Shown piece after piece: positions 29,356 to 38,926 of a stretch of 64,000 nt of DNA. The position numbers and the translations under genes are program-made. Source of the DNA: Bacteroidia bacterium (lineage in GTDB: Bacteria; Bacteroidota; Bacteroidia; CAIKAF01); NCBI GenBank assembly GCA_030427255.1, contig JAUHWY010000014.1, forward strand, positions 10,463 through 74,462, in the 5' to 3' direction. The notes under the pieces were generated by a model. It was not told where the DNA came from and did no database searches. It saw nothing but the letters and a program-made list of their open reading frames with translations. How positions within the stretch are numbered: position 1 is the first letter of the stretch; the number at the start of each line of letters is the position of its first letter.

Positions 29356-30054
29356 ATGAATTACACCCTAGGTTTAATTACTTACGATCGCCCCCATTTA
29401 AAAACCCAGCAAGTTTTGGAGCAACTGCTGGCGAAATCTTTTAAGACTAAGCTCTACACCATTCCCTTTGTTCCACGAAAACCGCGAAAACCGAAGTTTC
29501 AACACCGTCCCAAGCCTTTTCAAGGAATTCCCCCGGAAGAAATAGCCAAGCAACACCAATTGCCCTTGCGCGCCTGCCATTCAGACACTGAAATTGATAA
29601 TGCATGCGACCTGTATATGGTTTTGGGCGCAGGAATTTTATCGGAGGAATGCCTTGAAGGAAAAAAGGTGTTGAACGTACATCCCGGCATTATTCCTATT
29701 TCCAGAGGCTTAGACTCTTTTAAATGGGCTATTTACCATAAGCGCCCCTTGGGAAACACCTTGCACTATATTGACAAAGAAGTAGATAAGGGTGAGGTAG
29801 TTTCGGTGCTTCCAACGCCGGTGTACCCTTCCGATACTCCGGAGTCTTTGGCTCTTCGCCACTATGCACTAGAAATAGGAATGTTGGTGGACTTTGAGCG
29901 CCATTTGGAAGAAGCCCATAATCCATTCGAGCACCTGCCTTCAGAGCCGGCTACCCGTCGCATGAAACCTGAAACAGAGCAAGAGATGTTGCACCGCTTT
30001 AAAGACTATGTAGAGGAGCAGGCCTACCACTCAAAAGCCTTGCATGCCGACTAG
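29356..30054 (+). CDS. Formyltransferase-fold protein (PurN/Fmt N-terminal domain)
   Basis: LNVHPGIIP, RGLDSFKWA, LHYIDKEVDKG. Confidence 0.82.
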   Translation: MNYTLGLITYDRPHLKTQQVLEQLLAKSFKTKLYTIPFVPRKPRKPKFQHRPKPFQGIPPEEIAKQHQLPLRACHSDTEIDNACDLYMVLGAGILSEECLEGKKVLNVHPGIIPISRGLDSFKWAIYHKRPLGNTLHYIDKEVDKGEVVSVLPTPVYPSDTPESLALRHYALEIGMLVDFERHLEEAHNPFEHLPSEPATRRMKPETEQEMLHRFKDYVEEQAYHSKALHAD

Positions 30055-31055
30055 CATTTTAGCGTTGATTTAACCCACAAACGCAGTTGTTGTTTTGGAC
30101 TCAATAAGGCTTGTTTGCTCCAAGCGGAGGCTTTAAATGCCTTCCAAATACCGGCCTGTGGCTTGGCTTCCAAAAGCAAATTTTTCCACATCTTTTGAAG
30201 CCGCTGATTTAAGGCTTCTACCGGAAGCTTTTGGCTTTTTGCATTTGCCTGAGCTATGGATTCCAAGAAGTGCAAAACAGGCAGAACCTGTGGTATGGCT
30301 TGCCCTTGGCATAAGGCCATCCAACTTTCCAGTTGGGCTTCAGATACGCTTTCTAAGCCCATGTCTGCAAAGAAATGCGCTAAGGCATTGCGGTGGCCCG
30401 AACTTACGGTGTCGGCTTGAGCCACCGTTATTTGACTTGGGTGCTCGCGGTACCTAAGCAAAACTTCCGGGTAGTTTTTGATGTCTCCAAATTGGCGCAT
30501 ATCCCACCAAAGGGCATAGTCTTCGGCATTAAAAATGTTGGGATTATACTGCAAGCCATGCTCTTTTACCGGCCAAGACCGAAACATGGCCGAAGGATGC
30601 GAAATGGGGTTGAAAAACAGCAGGGACACCGCCATATCATCGGGTTCTATCGGCAACTTAGGTTGAAAGCTGTGCCCCTCGTCAGAAAAGCGCTCAATTA
30701 GAGTACCCAAAACCATGACTTCCGGATGCGCTTCGAGAAACTCCACTTGTTTTTTTAGCCGATTGGGAAGTGCAATATCGTCGTGGTCCATCCGGGCAAT
30801 GTACTTGCCTTTGGCCAAAGAAAGCCCCTTGTTCAATGTGGGAATCAGGTGCATGTTTCGCTCGTTTTTGGCATACACGATTCGAGGGTCGGCAAAGGAG
30901 TGAATCACTTCCTCCGTGGCATCGGTGGAACAATCGTTGATTACGATCAGCTCAAAATCCGTAAAGGATTGGTTCAGTAGAGACTGTATGGCCTGTGCCA
31001 GGTAATTTTCGCCGTTGTATACCGGGAGCACAATGGAAACAAAAGGGGCTTTCAT
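30051..31055 (-). CDS. GT2 glycosyltransferase
   Basis: VLPVYN, INDCSTD, ARMDHDD, AEDY. Confidence 0.9.
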   Translation of the reverse strand: MKAPFVSIVLPVYNGENYLAQAIQSLLNQSFTDFELIVINDCSTDATEEVIHSFADPRIVYAKNERNMHLIPTLNKGLSLAKGKYIARMDHDDIALPNRLKKQVEFLEAHPEVMVLGTLIERFSDEGHSFQPKLPIEPDDMAVSLLFFNPISHPSAMFRSWPVKEHGLQYNPNIFNAEDYALWWDMRQFGDIKNYPEVLLRYREHPSQITVAQADTVSSGHRNALAHFFADMGLESVSEAQLESWMALCQGQAIPQVLPVLHFLESIAQANAKSQKLPVEALNQRLQKMWKNLLLEAKPQAGIWKAFKASAWSKQALLSPKQQLRLWVKSTLKC

Positions 31056-31069
31056 GCCGAAAAGGTTTT

Positions 31070-31903
31070 TTAGCTGTCCGAAAGATACTCTGCATGCACG
31101 TCAAACCAACCTTGCTTGTGAAATGGACCATTTGCAGGAGTCGTTGGACCCTGTTTTTTTTGCCAAAAACCTTTGGCTTTAATGGGGCTTTCGGGTGCAA
31201 AGAAGTCCAGAAAATAGTTTAAATAGTCTCTGGCTATGGTGTCTAAGCCATAGCTTGGCCCATCCAATTCTTTTCCAAATAAGCCGGAAGATTCTCCGGA
31301 AAAAGAAGCAGGCACAAAAACGCCTTCTTTGGCAGGGTTCGGAGGCTTCACCAAATGGTGTTTCGACTGGTCTACAATTTTGAAGTTTCCGTAGCCCAGA
31401 ACATGCAAATAAGCAAGAATTTCTAGGGCTTGCGGGGCATCTCCCGTCCGGATGTTGTTTGGGGTCATTAATTCCACACTTATGTAGGCAGGGCGCTCAG
31501 GGCCATCCATCAACTGCTTTAAACATAGGGCGTCGGCACCTTCAATGTCGATTTTAAGGTAATACGGGATACCGTAAACCTCAAATAGGCTTTGCATATC
31601 GGTAGCTTCCACCCGACAGGCTTGATAGTTGTCGCTCATGGAGCGGTTCCAGTTGGGCAGTAGGGTGCCCCAGTCGTCTTTCGTTGGATTGGTATAAAAC
31701 ACTACTTCTTTGCTTCCTCGAGGGGCGAGTGCCTTGGGTACCAACACCAACTGACCCGACTCAATCTCTTTGTTAAAGCGTTCTTTTCCTAAGCTAACCA
31801 GCTCAGGGTTGGCTTCCAAGGCTACAACCTTAAAGCCTTTAGCTAAATAGAAAGCGGTGTCTAGTCCTTTATGGAAGCCAATGTCGTAAATAAGTTGCTG
31901 CAT
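31070..31903 (-). CDS. FkbM-family methyltransferase
   Basis: YDIGFHKG, ALEANP, LKIDIEGAD. Confidence 0.88.
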   Translation of the reverse strand: MQQLIYDIGFHKGLDTAFYLAKGFKVVALEANPELVSLGKERFNKEIESGQLVLVPKALAPRGSKEVVFYTNPTKDDWGTLLPNWNRSMSDNYQACRVEATDMQSLFEVYGIPYYLKIDIEGADALCLKQLMDGPERPAYISVELMTPNNIRTGDAPQALEILAYLHVLGYGNFKIVDQSKHHLVKPPNPAKEGVFVPASFSGESSGLFGKELDGPSYGLDTIARDYLNYFLDFFAPESPIKAKGFWQKKQGPTTPANGPFHKQGWFDVHAEYLSDS

Positions 31904-32007
31904 ATCCTCTGCTAAATCATTTCCTGCCTCACCTTTTGGGAAGGCGAGGGATGGCTTTTAGAGCTGCAAACTTGGTTTCTTTGTAGGGGTGGGGGAAAAG
32001 AACAACC

Positions 32008-32889
32008 TTACTTGGGCAAGCGCTGCCAAGAAGGCAAATATAAGCTTTGGCTTTCGTTTTGAATAATAGGGTCTTCGAACCAGGGCTCAGGAGCAACTAC
32101 CCGTTTGTTGGGGTTCGAGTTTAGCCAAGCCGCCCACCAACTAAAGGTGCTGTTAGAAATGATTTGATGGCCGGCCTGCTGCATCATTCTTAAATCCTCA
32201 TAATCCGGCACATCTAAGCGTACCACCTCCACATTTTGCTCCTCAGAAAAGCTGCTTTGCGCCCAGTCCGGGTCGTCGCTAAACACAAAGAACATGGGAT
32301 TTTCTAGCTGTTCGCGCATGTAAGCGATGCCTTTTTTAAAATAATTAAGGCTGCACAAGCCATGAAAAGCTTGGGTGGACTTATTTTGTACATAATCTCC
32401 CCGGCGCACATGCAAGGCCACGGAGGCACAGTCGTCCATACGCGCCAAAAGCTGAGCTACCGGCGCAGGCGGAGCTGCTTTAAAGGCAAAATCTTTTCGG
32501 AGCATTGGGGCGATATGCTCAAAATGGTTGGGACTTTGCCAATAGCCCCGCAGGTATTTCCCATCCGGAATCTGAAGGTCTTTTTGCTGAAATGCAAAGG
32601 AGGCCTCTTGCCAAATGCCATGATTGGGTTTCTTTTCAAATGGACGCAGTAGGCGTTTCCAACGGCTTTGAGGGGCTTCAATTTTGCCCTGCTGAAGGTC
32701 AATTTCAGCCCGGTCGGCAAAAGGAACATCCAAACAAAACACATCCAAACCGTAGGTTCGCAGGCTGTCCCAATGGTAGCTGTGTATATCCAGTTTCAAT
32801 TCCACACCCAAGGCTTCGGCTACTGCTCGGCCTTTGGCGTATTGAAACATTTGGTTTCCCAAGCCTCCGGTTATCTCCGCTATAATCAA
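32008..32889 (-). CDS. GT11 alpha-1,2-fucosyltransferase-like glycosyltransferase
   Basis: GGLGNQMFQYA, GYWQS, HVRRGDY, FSDD, NSTFSWWAAWL. Confidence 0.93.
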   Translation of the reverse strand: MIIAEITGGLGNQMFQYAKGRAVAEALGVELKLDIHSYHWDSLRTYGLDVFCLDVPFADRAEIDLQQGKIEAPQSRWKRLLRPFEKKPNHGIWQEASFAFQQKDLQIPDGKYLRGYWQSPNHFEHIAPMLRKDFAFKAAPPAPVAQLLARMDDCASVALHVRRGDYVQNKSTQAFHGLCSLNYFKKGIAYMREQLENPMFFVFSDDPDWAQSSFSEEQNVEVVRLDVPDYEDLRMMQQAGHQIISNSTFSWWAAWLNSNPNKRVVAPEPWFEDPIIQNESQSLYLPSWQRLPK

Positions 32890-33578
32890 GACCGCCTAAG
32901 TTTTTTCTGGAGTTTGTAGCGCAACATGCCGGCTAGGCTCACTTGATCTTCCGGGCGTATAGGCATTTGAGGCTTTAATTTCCACTCGGTATCCTCTTGC
33001 AGTAAAAGCGAAAGATCTTCTACTTCTTTTACCTTTAAAACGCCTTCCCATTCTGCTCCGCAAAAGAACACCGGCTGCAAGGCATTTACCAAGCCAAAAT
33101 AACCTTGGTCCAAACTCTTTTTAAACTGCCTGCGTAGGGGAGCAAAATAATCCAATGGCGTATGGGCATGCTTCATATACAAAAGCGTATCGCCTTTCCA
33201 TTGAATAAGGTTGAGGTGCTCCTCGATTTTATAAATAAAATCATAGTAAACCCTAGGGAACTCAAGGTAACCGCGCGGGGCAACGCGACACATTTCTGCT
33301 ATAAAAAAGGGCAAATCCGGAACGTGTTCTACCACATGCGAACACACCACGTAGTCGAAAGCACCGTCTTCGAAGGGAAAGGCCCCTCCGTCGTAAAAAA
33401 CCACTTCCTTATCGCCTTGGTATGGGGCTTCGTAGCCGCTTTGGGCAAACCACTCTTCTTCTGTGGCGTAGCTCTTTTCCAGCAACACGTCCGACCGGTG
33501 GTAGGGATGAGCTCCCGGGCCAATTTCCAGCACCCGATCTTTGGGGCCAATGTTCGTAATGCGGTGGGGAAAAATCAT
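32886..33578 (-). CDS. Class I SAM-dependent methyltransferase (type 11)
   Basis: VLEIGPG, FPFEDGAFDYVVCSHVVEHV. Confidence 0.85.
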   Translation of the reverse strand: MIFPHRITNIGPKDRVLEIGPGAHPYHRSDVLLEKSYATEEEWFAQSGYEAPYQGDKEVVFYDGGAFPFEDGAFDYVVCSHVVEHVPDLPFFIAEMCRVAPRGYLEFPRVYYDFIYKIEEHLNLIQWKGDTLLYMKHAHTPLDYFAPLRRQFKKSLDQGYFGLVNALQPVFFCGAEWEGVLKVKEVEDLSLLLQEDTEWKLKPQMPIRPEDQVSLAGMLRYKLQKKLRRS

Positions 33579-34423
33579 AGGCCTACACGTGTTTTATAGG
33601 ATGTTGGGTTGGAATAAGCAGACCATAATTCGGCATAGCTTACCTTGCCAAAACCTTTCACCAGTTTTTTTACGAAAGCAAAATACCGAATTTTCCAGCC
33701 CAAAGAGCGGTTGCTTGCATGTTTTGCGGCCACATACATGTATTCGAAAACGTTTAGATGCTTGTCGTGCTCCACACTTTTGGTCACCGATGCTGCCGTT
33801 TGCACATTCTCGAACAACACTTGGTTTACCAAATGCAGGCGATGCCCATGAAGCAACAATTGCAAATAAAACTCAATGTCAACCAGCCATTTTAAGTTGG
33901 GGTCAAAGCGGGCCTCTTGCCGCTTAAACATAATGGTGGAGGGTGGCCCTATTAAATTTCCGCGAAGCAATTGCAAAGGGTCGTTTTGCATTTGCTCAAG
34001 CTGCTGCTTGGAGGGCAAGTTGGTGTAATTTCTTTGCTCTGCTTCGTATCGGCCTTTTATTCCTCCAAACACCAGTCGACCTTCGTCTGCTTGCAGCGCC
34101 TCAACCATAAGTCGAAGGGCAAAAGGCTCGGCAAACCAGTCGTCGTGGTGCATAATTTTGAGGTAACGGCCTTTTGCTTGGTCCATACCATGGTTCCAAT
34201 TTTGGGGACTACCCTTAGCCGGTTGGTTACGGACATACAGCAGCTGTGGAAAAGCATGGGCTTCCTGGCGCACTACAGCCTCTACCTCATCGCCTCTGGA
34301 GTCGTCGCTAACAATGAGTTCGTAGTCGCTAAAGTCTTGCATCGCAATGGACTTCAACACTCTACGCAGAAGTTCCGGCTGTTCATAGGCCGGTACCACA
34401 ACAGAAACCAATGGCTCCGACAT
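33575..34423 (-). CDS. GT2 glycosyltransferase
   Basis: VVPAYE, SDDS, NWN, MHHDD, DIE. Confidence 0.88.
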   Translation of the reverse strand: MSEPLVSVVVPAYEQPELLRRVLKSIAMQDFSDYELIVSDDSRGDEVEAVVRQEAHAFPQLLYVRNQPAKGSPQNWNHGMDQAKGRYLKIMHHDDWFAEPFALRLMVEALQADEGRLVFGGIKGRYEAEQRNYTNLPSKQQLEQMQNDPLQLLRGNLIGPPSTIMFKRQEARFDPNLKWLVDIEFYLQLLLHGHRLHLVNQVLFENVQTAASVTKSVEHDKHLNVFEYMYVAAKHASNRSLGWKIRYFAFVKKLVKGFGKVSYAELWSAYSNPTSYKTRVGL

Positions 34424-34425
34424 AC

Positions 34426-35142
34426 TTATTTTTTTCGGCAGTGGGTCAGAATAAAGTCATTGTGGCCGGCTTTGTCGCGCACTTCATGACTTTGGTAATC
34501 TTGGTATTTGTAGGAAATAGGCTCAAACCCTGCCGCCTCCAACCAAGCTTCGATTTTCTCCTCCACAATATTAAAGGTCAAATGAAAGCCAAGTTTGCGG
34601 GCCTCTTCTGAATCCTCCTGATTGTAAGGGGTGGAGAAAATAAGACTTCCTCCCGGCCTAAGTGCGCGGTGAAAAATTCCCAACAGCGTAGAAATGTCGC
34701 TTTCTTTAAAATGCTCAATGGTTTCAAAGGAAACCACCACATCCACCACTTCTTCAAAATCCAAATGCAGCAGATTGGCTTCCATAAAACGCACTTTTTC
34801 GTGGTCTTTGTAGCGTTCCGAAATGGCAGAAATTACTTCGCCGTTTAAGTCCGCACCTACCACAGAATTAGCCTTTTGCGCCAACATCATGGAGCCATAA
34901 CCGGTGCCGCAGGCCAAGTCGGCCACATCGGCCCCTTCCGGAATTAGCCCCAAGGCATATTCGTAGCGTCTAAAGTGGTTTTTTTGGTACATATCTAGCC
35001 GCTCAAATTGCAGCTCGCCCGAAAAGGTAATATCTACCCGTTCGCCATTGCCGCCCAAGGGGTTGTTGGCGTTAAAATCGTAGGGTTCTTGCTCCGCAGG
35101 AGCCTCATTTTTCCCAAAAAGTTTCTTCAGTAATGCTTTCAT
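34426..35142 (-). CDS. Class I SAM-dependent methyltransferase
   Basis: HFRRY, DLACGTGYG, VSFETIEH, STP. Confidence 0.88.
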   Translation of the reverse strand: MKALLKKLFGKNEAPAEQEPYDFNANNPLGGNGERVDITFSGELQFERLDMYQKNHFRRYEYALGLIPEGADVADLACGTGYGSMMLAQKANSVVGADLNGEVISAISERYKDHEKVRFMEANLLHLDFEEVVDVVVSFETIEHFKESDISTLLGIFHRALRPGGSLIFSTPYNQEDSEEARKLGFHLTFNIVEEKIEAWLEAAGFEPISYKYQDYQSHEVRDKAGHNDFILTHCRKK

Positions 35143-35156
35143 AATGTGTTGGTTTT

Positions 35157-35304
35157 GGGGCGCTATTCCCGCTGTTGCTCCAAGTCCTCAGTCCAAAAGG
35201 CGTCCGGGCAAAGCAAGCCCACGCGTTTGCTGGCGCGCCACGGTGGCCTTGCTGCCCGGTCAGCCTTTTGTCCTTCCGGGCTTTCCACGCCATCGGGGCG
35301 CCGG
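35157..35304 (+). repeat. ~150-bp hairpin intergenic repeat, copy A4
   Basis: Starts GGGGCGCTATTCCCGCTGT..CAAGTCCTC, has stems CAAAAGGC/GCCTTTTG and CCGGGCA..AGCAAG/CTTGCTGCCCGG, and ends CGGGCTTTCCACGCCATCGGGGCGCCGG. Confidence 0.65.
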
Positions 35305-35305
35305 G

Positions 35306-36097
35306 TTATCCGGGTTTTATGATTAATCCTTGACAGGTAGGTAAGTTAAGTATTTCTACGCCCTTCGACCGAGCAAAATCTTCGTGGTTTCTTTGCTGGT
35401 CTTTGGTCTTGTTGTCGTAGCCAAAATCGTCCAAAACAATAAGCCCACCGGGCACGAGCTTGTCCCAGTAAAACTCTAAGGCAGCTCTTTCGGGCTCTAC
35501 GCAGTTCATATCTACAGACAAATAGGCCACTTTTTCCGGGTTTGCTTCGGGCAATGTGGCTGGCACGGCTCCCCGAATTATTTTGGTGTTGAAAGGGGCA
35601 AAGGTTTCCACCACTTGCTTATACAAGGCATCGTGGTCTTCGTCGGCATAGCCCATGAGCTTGTTTCGACGCAACTCTTCTTCGGTGCTGTATTCCGGAC
35701 TTAAGCCTTCAAAGGTGTCCAGCAAATAGTAGGTTTTGCCAAGGGCGTTGAAGTCTACATACTCAATCACTGCCCTGGAAAAAATGCCCGTATGCACTCC
35801 GCAGTCTACAAAATCGCCTTCGAGTTTGGCGGCATGCGCTGCGGCCCAACAAAGAACATGAATACGCCACTGAATGTCGTAATCCTTAAGCAGGGAGTCG
35901 TTGTCGGTGGCCTTACCCAAGGCATAGGCTTTGGCAAAACGCGGTTCGGTTAAGAAGTCGGCGTTGTGGTAAGTAAACAACAAGTCGTTGGAGTAGGTAA
36001 GCCGGTTTCTATCCAGCAGCAAAAACTTTTCTTCGAGTTCCTGTTGCTTTACAAAGCCTCGCTTGGCCAATTGACGTTTTAGAAAATCTTTAATCAC
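35306..36097 (-). CDS. TylF/MycF/NovP-family O-methyltransferase
   Basis: WRIHVLCWAA, GDFVDCGV, DTFEGL, SVDMN, LDDFG. The GTG start at 36097 overlaps the wzt stop (GTGA). Confidence 0.88.
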   Translation of the reverse strand: MIKDFLKRQLAKRGFVKQQELEEKFLLLDRNRLTYSNDLLFTYHNADFLTEPRFAKAYALGKATDNDSLLKDYDIQWRIHVLCWAAAHAAKLEGDFVDCGVHTGIFSRAVIEYVDFNALGKTYYLLDTFEGLSPEYSTEEELRRNKLMGYADEDHDALYKQVVETFAPFNTKIIRGAVPATLPEANPEKVAYLSVDMNCVEPERAALEFYWDKLVPGGLIVLDDFGYDNKTKDQQRNHEDFARSKGVEILNLPTCQGLIIKPG

Positions 36098-37404
36098 AAG
36101 GTGTCTTTTTTGGAGCTCCACTGAAGTAAAGGCCGAACCATTCCGGGCCAACCTTGAGCATAGTCGCCCCGAGCAGACCGCCCCGTCATTTCGTCTACTA
36201 CCGAAAACTGAATCACTTTTTCGGCTTGGGCAAAAATTTCGAATGGAGTTTTCTTAAATAGAGTAAGGCTTATGGAAAACTTTCCTTCGGAAAGCAGGTT
36301 GCCGGGAATCACGGCTTCAATGGTATACATGCCGGGCTTCCGCTCTTCGTTTCTAAGGCTGCTGGTTACATCGTGCGAGTTGAACAGGTTCACCTCTTCC
36401 TCATTAAACAGGCTGAGGCCGTGGGTAAATGCCCCCATAGGCTCTTTTACTTCGTACCGGGCTTTAAGCACCAAGTCGCGCGTAATTTCAAACATTCCGG
36501 TGGTGGGGCGTTCGCCATCGGCATAGCATAGCGACATTGATCTAAGCTTTATGCTTTCGTTGCCCGGAGCCTCTTGCTCCTCCCAGTCTTTTTCAAGAAT
36601 ATGTTTGTCGAAGGTGGTGAGGTAGGTGTTTATGGTGGCGTTGGGCTCTCCAATGGTTTGTACGGTTCCGTTTTTAAGTACCACACAGCGCGAGCACAAT
36701 TGCCGAATGGCTGTCATATTGTGGCTAACAAAGAGCACGGTACGGCCATCTTCTTGGCTTACGGCCTTCATTTTACCCAGGCATTTTTTTTGGAATTCGG
36801 CATCTCCAACCGCCAGAACCTCGTCTACAATCAAAATCTCGGGTTCCAAATGGGCAGCCACAGCAAAGGCGAGCCTAACATACATGCCTGAACTGTATCG
36901 CTTTACGGGGGTATTTACATACTTTTCTACACCGGCAAAGGCTACAATTTCGTCGAATTTTTTTTGGATTTCAACCCGACGCATGCCTAAAATGGCGCCG
37001 TTTAAGTAAATATTTTCGCGGCCGGTAAGTTCCGGGTGAAAACCGGTGCCCACCTCAAGTAAGCTGGACACCCTGCCGCGTAAAACCACTTCGCCAACCG
37101 AAGGCGTGGTAACCCGGCTTAAAATTTTAAGCAGGGTGCTCTTTCCGGCGCCGTTTTTTCCGATAATGCCCATCACCTCACCGGGCATTACTTCAAAATT
37201 AATGTCCTTTAGTGCCCAAACGTAAGGGTTTAGGGCCGCAGAGGTGCGGTCGTTTTCTTGTCCTTGGTCTGCAAAAGGGTCTTTGCCCTTGGTTAAACGG
37301 TTCCAACTCCGCACCAAATCGTCTTTGAGCGTGGCGGATCCCACTTGTCCCAAGCGGTACATTTTGGAAACTTCTTTTACCTCTATGGCTGGTTTCATGT
37401 GCAT
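36094..37404 (-). CDS. wzt: Polysaccharide ABC transporter ATPase with C-terminal Wzt_C domain
   Basis: GKNGAGKST, YSSGMYVRLAF, VDEVLAVGD, ~170-aa C-terminal extension. Confidence 0.95.
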   Translation of the reverse strand: MHMKPAIEVKEVSKMYRLGQVGSATLKDDLVRSWNRLTKGKDPFADQGQENDRTSAALNPYVWALKDINFEVMPGEVMGIIGKNGAGKSTLLKILSRVTTPSVGEVVLRGRVSSLLEVGTGFHPELTGRENIYLNGAILGMRRVEIQKKFDEIVAFAGVEKYVNTPVKRYSSGMYVRLAFAVAAHLEPEILIVDEVLAVGDAEFQKKCLGKMKAVSQEDGRTVLFVSHNMTAIRQLCSRCVVLKNGTVQTIGEPNATINTYLTTFDKHILEKDWEEQEAPGNESIKLRSMSLCYADGERPTTGMFEITRDLVLKARYEVKEPMGAFTHGLSLFNEEEVNLFNSHDVTSSLRNEERKPGMYTIEAVIPGNLLSEGKFSISLTLFKKTPFEIFAQAEKVIQFSVVDEMTGRSARGDYAQGWPGMVRPLLQWSSKKDTL

Positions 37405-37417
37405 TTTCTAAAGGTAC

Positions 37418-38266
37418 CTAAACGGTATCCATAAAGGATTTTTCGGTGCGGTTAAACAAAAGAGAGCCCATAACCAACAGCACTAAAGTAAAGCCGCCAC
37501 TGTAGGCCAGTCCTCCCCAAGAAAGCTCTCCAACGCCCAAAAAACAGGTTCTAAACGACTCTACCAAGGGCGAAATAGGATTTAAGCCAATAATCCAAGC
37601 TCCTTGAATGGGAAGGGCTTCCATAGGATAAATAACCGGGGTAATGTACATGAGCAAACCGGTGCCAAAGGAAACCAAAATGGCCAAATCGCGGTATTTG
37701 GTGGTAAGCGAAGAGATTAAGATGCCCGCCCCTAAACCCAAAAGCGCCATAAGCGCAACAAGAACAGGCAGCAACAATATATGCAGGTCAGGAGACCAAA
37801 CAAAGGCTCCTTTGGCATGGTAAATAAAGGAGAAAGCAATTAATATGCTGAACTGTATTCCAAACTTTACCAAATTAGAAATGACCAAAGCCAAAGGCGA
37901 AGCTAGTCTGGGAAAATAGACTTTTCCAAAAAGGGCAGCATTGGCCGTAAAGGTGGAGGAGGCTCCGGTAAAGCAGCTTTGAAAATAGTTCCACAAGGTA
38001 AGGCCGGAAAGATAAAACACCGGTCCGGGAATATTGCTGGTGGGGATTTTGGCTACGCTACCAAATACAAAGGTGAAAATAAAGGTGGTGAGTATGGGAC
38101 TTATAAAATACCATAAAGGCCCTAGCACCGTTTGCTTGTAGGTAGCGACTATATCGCGACGTACAAAGATGGCAACCAAATCGCGGTACTGCCATACGTC
38201 GCCCCAGCCAAGCTCAAACCAGCTTTTTTGAGGTCGTATATGCGTTACTGGGAGTTCTTGTTTCAT
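37418..38266 (-). CDS. wzm: Polysaccharide ABC transporter permease
   Basis: YKQTVLGPLW, KVYFPR, YRDL, LNP; 6 TM segments. Confidence 0.95.
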   Translation of the reverse strand: MKQELPVTHIRPQKSWFELGWGDVWQYRDLVAIFVRRDIVATYKQTVLGPLWYFISPILTTFIFTFVFGSVAKIPTSNIPGPVFYLSGLTLWNYFQSCFTGASSTFTANAALFGKVYFPRLASPLALVISNLVKFGIQFSILIAFSFIYHAKGAFVWSPDLHILLLPVLVALMALLGLGAGILISSLTTKYRDLAILVSFGTGLLMYITPVIYPMEALPIQGAWIIGLNPISPLVESFRTCFLGVGELSWGGLAYSGGFTLVLLVMGSLLFNRTEKSFMDTV

Positions 38267-38770
38267 TTAAGTCCTTATTAGGTACTTGTCTTTAAAAGGC
38301 AAATACTGCAATGCTGCAACAAGCTCACTTCGGTTTCCTGCAGCCGCTCTACTAACTAAAGCAGAAATAGGCTTTGCAAAAGTCAAAAAGCAAGGCTGTT
38401 TAACCACAAGACACCCGATTTTAGGCATTTTTGATTTGTTGCGCCAATTGCGCCCCAAAGGTATTGGTTTCCTTGAAATTTAAGGTTTTTTTTGAATCGG
38501 ACATTTGGGCAGCTGTAATTGCTATAGTCAAGCAGCTACCGTCGAAGCCCCTGTTGTTGAGCAAAAAGGCCTTGTGGCCTCTTTTTGGCGGTTGTTTCGG
38601 CAGGTGAAACCTAAAAGAGCCCAAGGACCATAAGGCCAATGGATGTATTGGCTAGGGGAATTTTGGATGTAGAGATTTTGTTTTTGAAAAAGTGCTGAAA
38701 ATCAACAACTTAATCATTTTTATGTAGAGATTTCCAGATTCAAATTATGGATTTGGTTTTGGAAGAAGAT

Positions 38771-38918
38771 GCGCCACGGCGGAGGCCAATTAGCCTGCCG
38801 AAGTGGGGTGCTCAGCAGCCGCATGGGCAAGAGCGACCACAGGAAGCTCCTTGGCTATGCTTGGCTGCGTGCCCACCCTACAAGGCAGCTAATGGCCGGA
38901 GACGGAATAGGCGCCCAA
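38771..38918 (-). repeat. ~150-bp hairpin repeat, copy B1 (inverted, near-identical to B2)
   Basis: Reverse complement aligns end to end with 58805-58953, with about 17 differences over ~148 nt by manual count. Confidence 0.9.
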
Positions 38919-38926
38919 ACCCTAAT

